Part shown: positions 50,979 to 61,622 of the stretch, one piece after another | How the letters are laid out: each line of letters opens with the position of its first letter | Position numbering within the stretch: position 1 is the first letter of the stretch | DNA from: Camelus ferus | Taxonomy: Eukaryota | Direction: 5' to 3' | Assembly (NCBI RefSeq): GCF_009834535.1 | Contig: NC_045697.1 | Span: 86,430,001-86,494,000, forward strand | Length of the DNA stretch: 64,000 nucleotides | Translations under genes and position numbers: made by a program | The notes under the pieces: generated by a model | What the model was told of the DNA's origin: nothing | The model's input: only the letters and a program-made list of their open reading frames with translations | The model's database searches: none

Positions 50979-51008
50979 AAAACAAAACAAAACAAAACAA
51001 AACAAAAC
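50979..51008. repeat. (AAAAC)n microsatellite
   Basis: Six aaaac units read directly. Confidence 0.9.
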
Positions 51009-51322
51009 ACAATATCTCTAAAGAAATGTGATTGAATGACATGATTAAGAGAAACCCCTTAGTTCTAAGATCTCTGGCTTATGGTTTGTTAAAATGCAGT
51101 GGTTTTTCAGACTTTGCTTCTTAGAGCTTCAAGGATCCATAGGTATTTCTCAGGATAAGGGTTAGGCTGAGCAAGGTTTACGTTATCTTTTTTATATCAA
51201 GGTGTTACCTATAGAATTTGGTTTGATGGAAAGTTTTTATGCTTAATATGTTAGTTACCTTCTGTGCTAGTGGTTTTAAGGGTCTATACATTAATAGGTT
51301 TGGGGTATTCTGTTTTATATAG

Positions 51323-51474
51323 GATGAAGGAGTTGAATCTGATGATTTGAAAAAAGATCTGCCTCTAATGCCTCCACCTCCAGATTCATGTAGCATGAAG
51401 TTGACCATCAAGGAAATTTGGTTTAGTTTTGCAGCTCCCACCAATGTGAGATCTCCTGCACATTCATTTTCTAG
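51323..51474 (+). CDS. BLTP1: BLTP1 exon w27 (DEGVESDDLKKDLPLMPPPPDSCSMKLTIKEIWFSFAAPTNVRSPAHSFSR)
   Basis: tatag|GAT ... TCT AG|gtaaaa; 152 nt. Confidence 0.95.
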
Positions 51475-51894
51475 GTAAAAAGTTAAAAAAATATAATACT
51501 ATCCCTTGATATTTCTTTTGTTTAAATGACATACAATTCTGTTTCATGTATTTTTTTTGAAGTGTTTTTCTATTAGATCTAGTATTAGGGTTGCCACTTT
51601 TTTCCCATCTTTCCTGCTTCATATTTTGTGTAAACATTATTCTCAGCTTTTTTGACCCTTTTTCATTTCCTAGGGTTTTAGTTTTATTTTTACACATCAC
51701 CTCTACTAGGCTTTTATATTTTTCTTTCTTTTCTATTATTTTATTCTTTGCATTATGAACTTGTATGTTCATAATTTATCTGGTGGTCAGAATAATTTTG
51801 CCTGGATAAAATAGCCACTCAGTACAGTAGGTACAGGAGATTGTTTGAAATACAAATCTTGACAATTGTTTTTATAATTTTTTAATTTTTAAAG

Positions 51895-52045
51895 GCAACT
51901 GAACCTTTTAAGCACAGCGACTCCAGCTGTTGGTGCGTGGCTTGTTCCTGTTGATCAACTCAAGTCATCCTTAAACAAATTAGAAACTGAAGAAACCTTG
52001 AGACTTTGTGCTGTTATGGGATGCATAATGACAGAAGCATTAGAG
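51895..52045 (+). CDS. BLTP1: BLTP1 exon w28 (QLNLLSTATPAVGAWLVPVDQLKSSLNKLETEETLRLCAVMGCIMTEALE)
   Basis: taaag|G CAA ... GAG|gtatgt; 151 nt. Confidence 0.94.
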
Positions 52046-52217
52046 GTATGTCTTTGAACAACGCAAGGCATCATACAAAGTTTGCTGTAGACAGTGATCC
52101 CTTGCTGTTCGTTGTTGTTGGAAAACATCAGACCTGCAAGCTCTTAATTACTGGACACCTTGTGTTTGTCATAGCTTTGCTCTCTCATTCTAAATCTGTG
52201 GTTTTTTCTTTTTTCAG

Positions 52218-52370
52218 AATAAAAGTGTACATTTTCCCTTAAGAAGTAAATACAACAGACTTACAAAAGTTGCCCGCTTTCTCCAAGAAAATCCTTCATG
52301 TTTACTGTGCAATATACTACATCACTACCTGCACCAAGCCAATTACTCCATCATTGATGATGCTACAATG
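52218..52370 (+). CDS. BLTP1: BLTP1 exon w29 (NKSVHFPLRSKYNRLTKVARFLQENPSCLLCNILHHYLHQANYSIIDDATM)
   Basis: tttcag|AAT ... ATG|gtgagt; 153 nt. Confidence 0.95.
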
Positions 52371-54017
52371 GTGAGTTACTGGAACTGTATGTTAGCTTTA
52401 AAAAAGCCTCTATTCTGTTGAGTAGCCATTGACCCACAGGGTTTGAGATGCATATAGGAAGTCCAAAGGAGAAATTTGGTTAGAAATATCTCTTTGCTTG
52501 TAGACAAGATTGGACTCAGATGAATGGTTTGGGAGTTGCCGGCATGAAGGTGTTGGAAGCTGTGGATATGGTTGATGTGTTGAGTGAGAAACTGGTCAAG
52601 GATGGATCCCTAAAGAATACCAAAACTAAAGGGGAATGGAGAGGGTGCATAGAGGTACACAGCGTGCTGAGGAGGGACAGGAGAGGTAGGAGAACAAGGA
52701 AAACAGGTCTTGGAAGCCAAGGATATAAAGAATTTCAAGCAAGAGAGTAATCATTAGAGTCAAATTTCAGCAAAAATGCTTAATAAAATGAGGACTGCTT
52801 AATGATTGAAGGGAGAATTTATAATTGTCTGAAGTAAATACACTGTATCTCTGCACCAGCAAAGCCCTATGAAAGATAACACATCATGATTAGGGCGCTT
52901 AGAGCTCGAGGAGTCTTCCCCTCTCCTCTCCAAGCTTCTGGTCAATAGAGAATACACAAGAACCTTTAGCCAAAGTAGGAATCAATGTATCAGTATTACT
53001 AATGTCCAGTCAAGCTCCTGATGACCTCTAGTGAAAGAATCCATAGTAAATTACGGATTTGATAAAGGTACTTAGACCTGAGGCTGGTGTAGTGCTTTCT
53101 ACTCTCAGCTTGTGAATTAAAGACTGGGAGGTCCATAGTGCAAGGTTAACTTGCCCATCTAGTCACAGGCAGAGAAACTAGAACAGAGAAGAGGGCAGGC
53201 ATTTCCTGTGGATGGATGCACTGCTTAGATGTGCTTTCCATGTAAGAGGAGGAAACACAAGACGACTTGTGAGTCCAGGAATGAAGGGGCAGGCTGAGGA
53301 ACCTGATGTTCCTCAGAATGTGAATGAGGTGATTCCTGTCATCTAATGAAGGGCTCTCTTCAGTCAAAGCCATTACTGTAGCACAAGGAATTGTAGGAAA
53401 GGGGAGGGAGAGGAAGTGGATATTTTCCTCTTAGGCTGAGGCTCCAATAGGCAAATTTTCTTTCTTTTAGTCATTACCATATGGAACAAAATATATTCTA
53501 AATTATGTAACTGTTACTGATAAAACATTTAAGCTTCAAAGTGGCTATAAATCCATCAATGTCCCACATTTTACTATAGTAACTTATTATTTTAGTGTTA
53601 AAATGGAGGTGGTTACCTAATCTTTGAAGGAAATAATTTCATTTCTTCTTTGCTTAATGAGTATTCCAAGTAGCACAAAATACATTTAATTCTTCAGTTG
53701 AACGAAACAGGTAAAGTGGATTGAATGCTTCTTAAGGAGAATCCCAGTTTTATACCCCATGTTTAGTCTCTTACTCACCTGGTACTGCTATGTTGCTTAT
53801 GACAGAAAGATGCAACATTGTGTTCCAAGATTGAGTTCTGTAGTCAGCTTGAAATACTGACTCTTATGTAACCTTAGACAAATTACTTAATGTGTAAATT
53901 CTAGTTTCCTCATCTCTAAATGGGAGTTCTGAGATTTAAATGAATGTATGCAGAACACTTAAATAATAACTTTTTGTTATAGGAAGATTACTCCTAACCA
54001 TTTAATTGTTGTCATAG

Positions 54018-54258
54018 AGTGATGGCCTTCCTGCTTTGGTAACTTTAAAGAAAGGCTTAGTTGCACTGGCAAGGCAATGGATGAAGTTTATTGTGGTGAC
54101 ACCAGCCTTTAAAGGAGTTAGTTTACATCGACCAGCTCAGCCCCTGAAACCTCAGTCAGCTGTGGACCATGAACATGAAGATGGACTTGGGCTGGACAAT
54201 GGAGGTGGTCTTCAAAGTGATACCAGTGCTGATGGAGCAGAATTTGAATTTGATGCAG
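54018..54258 (+). CDS. BLTP1: BLTP1 exon w30 (SDGLPALVTLKKGLVALARQWMKF...GAEFEFDA)
   Basis: catag|AGT ... GCA G|gtaact; 241 nt. Confidence 0.95.
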
Positions 54259-55266
54259 GTAACTTTGTAAATATTTTAGCCAGATATCATGTACTTGGTA
54301 TCCAAATACATGTGATAATTTTAATAACTTTTGTCCCAAATATGAAATTTTGCCCCAAATGTGGTCCCAAATTTGAAAATGTCATGGCTTAGTTAAGTGT
54401 GATTTGTCTTAGTCCAAATAAATGGTAATAATGTTGGAATCTTTATACAGACTTGACTTTTAAGTTTAATTTTGTGAAATACATTAGATTACTTCTCTGA
54501 TCTACCCAGTACAGTTAACAGGCAATCTTTGTATAGCTAGAATGTTTTGAGTGAAACACATGAATTTCTTTTTGAAATTTATACTTGTATTTGTTTACTT
54601 ATCATGCTCCTTATGCCAGTCTTTTAAAGATTTGAATTTTGCGTGGTGCCTGTTTGACTCTGATTTTGTATAGTGTTTAAAGTTGTGCATTCAGCCTGCA
54701 GTTCTGTCTCTATAATGGCTGTGCCAGAACACAGGTAGTAGATATGCGTTTCAGAAGTATATGTGATATTGATATTTAATACTTTACATACATAACATTG
54801 ATATATAATACTTTACCACGCTTTATTTTTTTAAAAAGTTTGTATTTAACAAATGAATATGCTTCACGAATAGGCTGTATTTTATTATTTATTTTGAAAA
54901 ATTTCACGTCTGCACAAAAATGGAAAGAATCGTGCAGTAAACATCCCTTCTAATTATCAGCAAATGCCTAGGTTAATCTGTAAATGTTCCATACTTTCTT
55001 CGAGGTAGTTGAATTGGTTTTTGATCTGTGTACCATTTGGGTGGCAAATGTGAAAGACTGAGTCGGAGCTATTTGTTCCTTTCTTAAGACTGAATGAAAA
55101 GATTGGAATTTGATGATTAAAAGAAAGAAGAGTGAATATTATAGTAGAGCCCACAATTAATTTGTCAAGAAATTTGAAAAGTTGAGTTTAGTTACACCAC
55201 CAGGAACATTGGAACTGATATTTTAGGAAAATGGTAATCTATTCTTATTCTTTTGAACTGTTTCAG

Positions 55267-55409
55267 CCACAGTCAGCGAACACACAATGCTCCTGGAAGG
55301 GACAGCCAACCGGCCTCCACCTGGTAGCTCTGGACCTGTGACTGGAGCTGAGATAATGAGGAAACTTTCTAAGACTCATACCCATAGTGATTCTGCATTA
55401 AAAATAAAG
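55267..55409 (+). CDS. BLTP1: BLTP1 exon w31 (ATVSEHTMLLEGTANRPPPGSSGPVTGAEIMRKLSKTHTHSDSALKIK)
   Basis: tttcag|CC ACA ... AAG|gtacat; 143 nt. Confidence 0.95.
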
Positions 55410-55834
55410 GTACATTGTTGCTGTTTTAGGTTAGAGTTACTTAGACTTACAGAAAAGACCTAAACTTTTGTTATCTCAAATGTAAATATTATGTATTGAC
55501 CCTAAATATTCAAATAGTATTTTTATGTTGAAATTAACGTGATTAGTAACTTTTAATTTATACATTTCTTTGAAAATTATGTCAATAGTCAGTATTTAAT
55601 ATTGAACAAGGACTACTTTAACTACCAAGCCTTAGGGCTCTCTTTTCAATTTATTGAATATTGTTTTCAATAAAATACAATATTGAGAATGTTAGGTCAG
55701 CTTAGAATTATTAGTTTTAACAAGAAGTTTTATAGGTAGTACATGATCAGTATATAGTTTGAGTTAGGCTATTTTATGATTTTAATTACATTGTTTTGTT
55801 TTAAGAAGTGTAACCAATGCTTGATACAACATAT

Positions 55835-56085
55835 GTATAGCACAGTGGGTGACTAGCACACCAGGAGGCAGACTGCCTTGGTTTCAGTCCTGACTCTACC
55901 ACTTAGTTTCTTTGAGACAGAACAAGTTTTTAACTGCACTGTGTGGCAGTTTTCTCGTATGTTAAAATGGAGATTATAATAGTAACCTCCTTCAGAAGGT
56001 TGCTGTTAAGAAATAATTGAGTTAATATAAGAAAAATGCTACAATACCTGGTACATAGTAGGCATTTAATAAGTTATTTGTTGTG
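55835..56085 (+). mobile_element. Near full-length MIR SINE
   Basis: tagcacagtggg...gcagactgccttggtttcagtcctgactctaccactt...cagttttctcgtatgttaaaatgg...cctggtacatagtaggcatttaataa. Confidence 0.85.
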
Positions 56086-56199
56086 TTGTGACTTACTTAT
56101 TTTTTGGTAGTTTCCTTTTCTGAGTACTGAAAACAGCAGAATGTTAAGATTTTAACTTCCTTTGACAGTCTAGATATAATCTTAAATTAATACCAAGAA

Positions 56200-57070
56200 T
56201 CTATTAGGAAAATTATAATTTTGACTATATTAAAATATAAAAATTTGTACACAGAAAAAAAAAGTATTGTAAACAAAATAGAAAGACATATGAAAAAGTG
56301 TTAATTTCCTAATATGTAAGATCTCTTCCTAATCACTTAAAGGGCAAAGCCAAATATAAAAGAGTTAAAGGCAGTTCACAGAGAAATACATATACACATG
56401 TGAAAATGCATTCTCTTAGAAGTAAAGAAATGAAAATGAAATTGCATTTCCACCTGTCAGATTGAAAAAACTAAAAGTTTGATAGTAAATGTTGGTGAAG
56501 ATATAAGAAAACAGACACAAAGAGGCACAAATTCTTTGAAGAACAGTTTGGCAATTTTTAAATATAAAATTTTAAAGGTAATGCCTTTTAACCCAGTATG
56601 TGCATATCCAGGAACTGATTCTAAAGAAATAAATGCTCTTAGGTACTCAAGGATATATATCCAAGAATGTTCTTTACAACATCATTTGTAATAGGAAAAT
56701 AATGGAAACAACACAAAGGACTAACCATTTGAGGACTAAGAGACTAGTCAGTGTACCCTCATACAATGCATATTATGAGGACTTCAAAAAGATAAAGTAG
56801 ATCTCTAAGTAGATATGGAATCATCACCAAAGTACACTGATTAAAGTAAAAATAAAGTATGGGACAATATGTATCTGTGTGTCAAAAAAGGCTAAAAATA
56901 TATGTGTGCTTATATAATCAAATTATTTATAGAAGGATAGATAAACGGTTGAGAGGACTTCTGGGGGAAGGGATATAGTAGACTGGAGCTCAGGGGATAC
57001 TTACTTTTTATTAACTAGTCTTTTGTGCTTTTGAAGTTTTTATTCTGTGTGTTTTGCCCTTTTAATTAAA
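56200..57070 (+). mobile_element. Degraded L1ME-type fragment
   Basis: aaaggcagttcacagaga...ccacctgtcagattg...aaatgttggtgaagat...tggaaacaac: decayed L1 ORF2 3' motifs. Confidence 0.6.
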
Positions 57071-57375
57071 ACATTTAATGATGGTTTGATACACATTTTT
57101 TTAAAGTTTGGACTATAAAGCTTACTCTATTTCTGTAGTATAGTTACAAGACCAGCACACTTTAAATTCTCAACCTCTTAACCTGTCTCAGACTTTTTTC
57201 CTAGTTGACAGTTTTTCCAAACCCTCTGATCATGTTTAGGTCTTTGCTGTTAATGCTGTTCTCTCTCAGAAGTCTTTTTGAGCATTGTTTATGGATTACA
57301 AAATTTCTCCAAAGACTTGAAATTACAAGTGCTTTGTTTAGATCTCTGCCTTTCAGGATCTTTCTGTCTGCATAG

Positions 57376-57435
57376 TCTGTCTGTCTGTCTGTCTTTCTTT
57401 CTCTCTCTTTCTTTTCTTTCTTTCCATTTTTTTTA
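57376..57435. repeat. (TCTG)n/(TTTC)n microsatellite at L1 tail
   Basis: tctgtctgtctgtctgtctttctttctctctctttctttt. Confidence 0.85.
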
Positions 57436-58510
57436 TTGAGTTATAGTCATTTTACAATGTTGTATCAAATTCCAGTGTACAGCACAGTTTTTCAGTTATG
57501 CATGAACATACATGTATTCATTGTCACATTTTCATTGTCAGCTACCACAAGATCTTGTGTATATTTCCCTGTGCTATACAGTATAGTCTTGTTTATTTAT
57601 TCTGCATATACCTGTCAGTATCTACAAATTTTGAACTCCCAGTCTATATAGATCTTCCCACCCTCCTCCCCCTTGGCAACCACAAGTTTGTATTCTATGT
57701 CTATGAGTCTGTTTCTGTTTTGTATTTATGTTCTTTTTTTTTTTAGATTCCACATATGAGCGATCTCATATGTATTTTTCTTAATCTTTCTGGCTTACTT
57801 CACTTAGAATGACATTCTCCAGGAACATCTATGTTGCTGCAAATGGCGTTATGTTGTCAGTTTTTATGGCTGAATAGTATTCCATTGTATAAATGTACCA
57901 CATCTTCTTTATCCAGTCTTCTGTTGATGGACATTTAGGCTGTTTACATGTCTTGGCTATTGTAAATACTACTGCTATGAACACTGGGGTACAGGCATCT
58001 TTTTGAAGTAGGGTTCCTTCTGGATATATGCCCAGGAGCGGGATTCCTGGGTCATATGGTAAGCCTATGCCTAGTCTTTTGAGGAATCTCCATACTATTT
58101 CCACAGTGGCTGCACCAAACTGCATTCCCGCCAGCAGTGTAGGAGAGTTCCCTTTTCTCCACAGCCTCTCCAGCATTTGTTATTTGTGGACTTTTGAATG
58201 ATGGCCATTCTGACTGATGTGAGGTGATACCTTATTGTAGTTTTGATTTTTATTTCTCTGATAATTAGTGATACTGAGCATTTTTTCATGTGCCTATTGA
58301 TCATTTGTATGTCTTCCTGGGAGAATTGCTTGTTTAGGTCTTCTGCCCATTTTTGGATTGGGTTGTTTGTTTTTTTCTTATTGAGTCGTATGAGCTGCTT
58401 ATATATTCTGGAGATCAAGCCTTTGTCGGTTTCATTGTTTGCAAAAATTTTCTCCCATTCCGCTGGTTGTCGTTTTGTTTTACTTGTGGTTTCCTTTGCT
58501 GTGCAGAAGC
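57430..58510 (-). mobile_element. Relatively young 5'-truncated L1, about 1.1 kb, frameshifted ORF2 C-terminus
   Basis: Minus-strand ORFs 58095..58565 (FCTAKETT...WEKIFAN...HMKKCS) and 57829..58176 (LPYDPGIPLLGIYP...KQPKCPS...WYIYTMEYYSAIK); TSD-like gcatagtct(g/t)tct at 57370 and 58509. Confidence 0.95.
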
Positions 58511-59024
58511 ATAGTCTTTCTTTGTACTGTTTTAAACTGATCTGGAATTCGAATCTTAGACGCAACAGGACAGATAGAGATTTGACAATTGTGTGTTTTT
58601 TATTTTTTTGTTTTTCCTTGGAGAATTGCTGGAAATTCTTTTTGGCATATTAGAGCTGTACAGAGAATCTAGTCTTAACACAGAAATTCATTATCAGAGT
58701 CCTAAGAAGGGTAGTATAGTATTAAGAATTTTGGAATAGAAGTCTTGCCACCAGACTCCCTCTTCTGATTTTAAAGGGAGTTAATCATTGTAATTAAGTG
58801 AATGATCATATAAACGCTGTCCTTTGTATTGTACTATAGAGTTATAAAACTTTATTATATACATTTGAGATTCACTACAATTCTAGTAGACACAGACTGT
58901 TTAGGTAGACACAGTAGTTTTAATGTGAACAATAACTAGCAGTAATAAAGACAGTGAATAGTCGTGGTTATCAGCAGTCATTTTTACATGCATAAGAAAG
59001 AGCCCCATGTTGTTCCTTTTGTAG

Positions 59025-59244
59025 GGCATTCACCCATATCACTCTCTGAGCTATACCAGTGGAGACACTGCCACGGATTCTCCGGTGCATGTTGGACGTA
59101 CTGGGGTACCAGTTAAGGAGAGTCCAAGGAAGGAGAGCCTACTCAGCTACCTGACTGGAAGCTTCCCAAGCTTGCACAACCTCCTGGAAGGGACTCCTCA
59201 GAGAAGTAGTGCAGCTGTGAAAAGTAGCTCCCTAACAAGAACAG
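59025..59244 (+). CDS. BLTP1: BLTP1 exon w32 (GIHPYHSLSYTSGDTATDSPVHVGR...SSSLTRT)
   Basis: ttgtag|GGC ... ACA G|gtatat; 220 nt. Confidence 0.95.
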
Positions 59245-59675
59245 GTATATCCTTAGTTTTGACAATTGTAAGTTTACTTCTGTAGGTTGTTAAGAAAACA
59301 AAAGCAGGACGTAAGTTTATTTAGATAAATACTTTGGTTGCATACCTGGTCTTTTGTATTACACCTTATCTTTTAGAAAGTATTTTGGGAAATTGTTCTG
59401 TTTGTAACTTGTTGGTATCTCGTGCCCTTAGTTTGCTGTCAACCTAGGTGTGGTGTGGAATGCTGTCTAAACCAGCCAACAGTGAATTTCCTCCCAATAT
59501 AATAAAAATAATTTATTTATTAATGCCTTACCATCCAAGTACTAACATCATGCAGTAAGTTTAAAAACATGTGCAAAAGGCAGATGATTTAACCTGACTT
59601 TTCAAAAATAATTACATAAATCACATTTCCTGCTCCGTAGTACGTAAGTAATACTAAATATAACTTTATTTTCAG

Positions 59676-59834
59676 GAAATACAATGGCCACTGATATGTT
59701 ATCTGAACACCCCTTGTTATCTGAGCCATCATCTGTGAGTTTCTATAACTGGATGTCAAATGCTGTGGGTAATAGAGGAAGTGTGATACAAGAATCTCCT
59801 GTTACAAAATCAGGACACAATAGTCTTCCAACAG
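59676..59834 (+). CDS. BLTP1: BLTP1 exon w33 (GNTMATDMLSEHPLLSEPSSVSFYNWMSNAVGNRGSVIQESPVTKSGHNSLPT)
   Basis: tttcag|GA AAT ... ACA G|gtattg; 159 nt. Confidence 0.95.
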
Positions 59835-61446
59835 GTATTGAGCTGTCAGATCATTTCACTTAACTGTCTGAGTAACAGTTATAATGTAAAGTTACAGAAA
59901 AATCCTATTTTTCAGAAGATGATTAAAAAATCTCAAACGTTTAAGTAGTGTTTAGTTGAAATTGGCCCATTAATGAAATGCTTTTGATAATATTGCAATT
60001 GAGAGAGCCATAAGCAGTTGTTCAGTGTTCTTATGGAAAAGCAGATATGTCAAATGTCAGATGATATATAATTCAAAGAGTTTAAAACTTCCATTTAATG
60101 TGGCTGGTTTAATTTTCAAAACACAAAAGGGAGGTAAATGAAAAAATGTAAAGTATAATTACAACATCATGTACCTACAGTACAGGAAATATTTTCAGCT
60201 TATCCAGATTCCTCTGAGACATAATAACTAGTGTTCTTATACTCTTTATAGTCACTTAAATATTTAATTGAATTTAAAGGAATAGTAAAAGGAATAAAGT
60301 AAGATTCTTGACCTCAAGGACGGGGAGATAAATGAAGAAAATTTTATTAATTTGAAAGAAATATTTATAAGTAGCAGGAAGACTGGTAGGAAATTCACAG
60401 AGAAGTATTGGTGGCTATTTCTAGTAACATAAGTGGAGCCACCCTTTCTTTTTTATCCTTTTTCTGTTTTTCTATTTTTCCAAATTTACTAGATGTATTA
60501 TTTTCTTGTTAAGTATATATATGTATATACACACCCACGCACACATATGTATATATATATTTTTAAAGAATATGTGAAGTAGTCTTTGATTCTAGTTAGT
60601 GAGGGCAGCTGAAATTAATCTGTGTAACAGGTGTTTGGGTCACTAGTTAATTCTATTCAGACAGAAAATATGAAATTAAGAAAAGTGATTGAAATATGAC
60701 TACTTAGTCCGTCATCTTTTTTGCTGGTCTGTGGGCCACTTTTGCATTTGAAAGTGATCCTAATTCTAACTCTAAGAGCACAAGGACTTGCTGGTTTTTA
60801 GTATCAGTTCTTGGTTGAAGAAGATAGAAGGATGGTGCGTCCACCAGCTCAGAGCACTTTTGTGGAGCTAGTCTCACCACTGCACAGAGTTTCACTTTCA
60901 AGAGAACCAGAAAGGAACTTTTCCTCTCTATCACGACTCCTTTGCCTGGGGAGTTAAAGGATAAAGGAAGTACAGAAGAAAGAAATAGTGCCGTTTCATT
61001 CTCATTCTGCCTCGGGAAGGCACAGTTGGGAAGAAATTTATATGTGGGGTTCTGTGACACCTATGGCTTCTGTCCTGCTGCAGCTACTCTTTGTAGCCCT
61101 GCTACTGTCTGTAATGCTGTTCTTCAGTGCAAAGCTGATGGGGTATCAAGTGTTTTTCAAAGATCTTCCAGCCCTAAATTTGTATATTCTGGTCTGACTG
61201 ACTCTTATACATATTTCGTGTATGAGAATGACTGATATATCCTGAAAATTTAGTTTAATTTTAGTTTTTATTAATAAATCATGTCTGTAAAATAACCTGA
61301 AAGTGCTGGGGTTTTTTCTTCTCAATTTAAATGGTCTGGTAATACTATTATAGTACGGGCTTCATAAGTTTACTTTGCTGTGTCCTTGTATGTGGTTTTC
61401 ATTTCCCAATAATTTAGATTTTATTCTTGAACATTTACTCTGTCAG

Positions 61447-61622
61447 GTGTTGCACCCAATCTTCCTACAATACCCTCCGCATCAGATTTCAACACCGTCT
61501 TGTCTAGTGACCAGAATACTTTGGATGGGACACATTCTCAGCATAGCACGAGTCAGGATGATGTAGCAGGTGTAGAAGAAGCCAACCAAGGGTTTCCTGC
61601 TGTACAGCTTGCTGATGCACAG
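61447..61622 (+). CDS. BLTP1: BLTP1 exon w34 (GVAPNLPTIPSASDFNTVLSSDQ...FPAVQLADAQ)
   Basis: tgtcag|GT GTT ... CAG|gtgagc; 176 nt. Confidence 0.95.

Larger units (their letters stand above)
1495..61622 (+). other. BLTP1: BLTP1/KIAA1109 gene body, internal portion (34 coding exons, partial at both ends)
   Basis: Spliced exons give one continuous 2086-codon frame matching the recalled KIAA1109/BLTP1 protein (e.g. GYTPAIKGQLLHVDATTSMQYRTLLEAEMLAFHINASYPRIWNMPQTW, LWFLWPDD, NKCGCLGGCRFFGG). All introns are GT-AG and phase-compatible. Confidence 0.97.

Noticed and set aside
52218..52223. AATAAA poly(A) signal at the start of exon w29
   Set aside because: Explained by Asn-Lys codons, with no GU-rich downstream element evident
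54220..54258. Second FFAT motif at GAEFEFDA
   Set aside because: The register does not place F/Y at position 2 together with D/S at 4 and E at 7
57829..58653. Independent protein-coding ORFs (115-156 aa, both strands)
   Set aside because: Frameshifted, 5'-truncated L1 ORF2 remnants and their antisense shadow
60704..61060. Minus-strand 118-aa ORF as an antisense gene
   Set aside because: Non-ATG start and no recognisable domain; probably a by-product of the locally higher GC content
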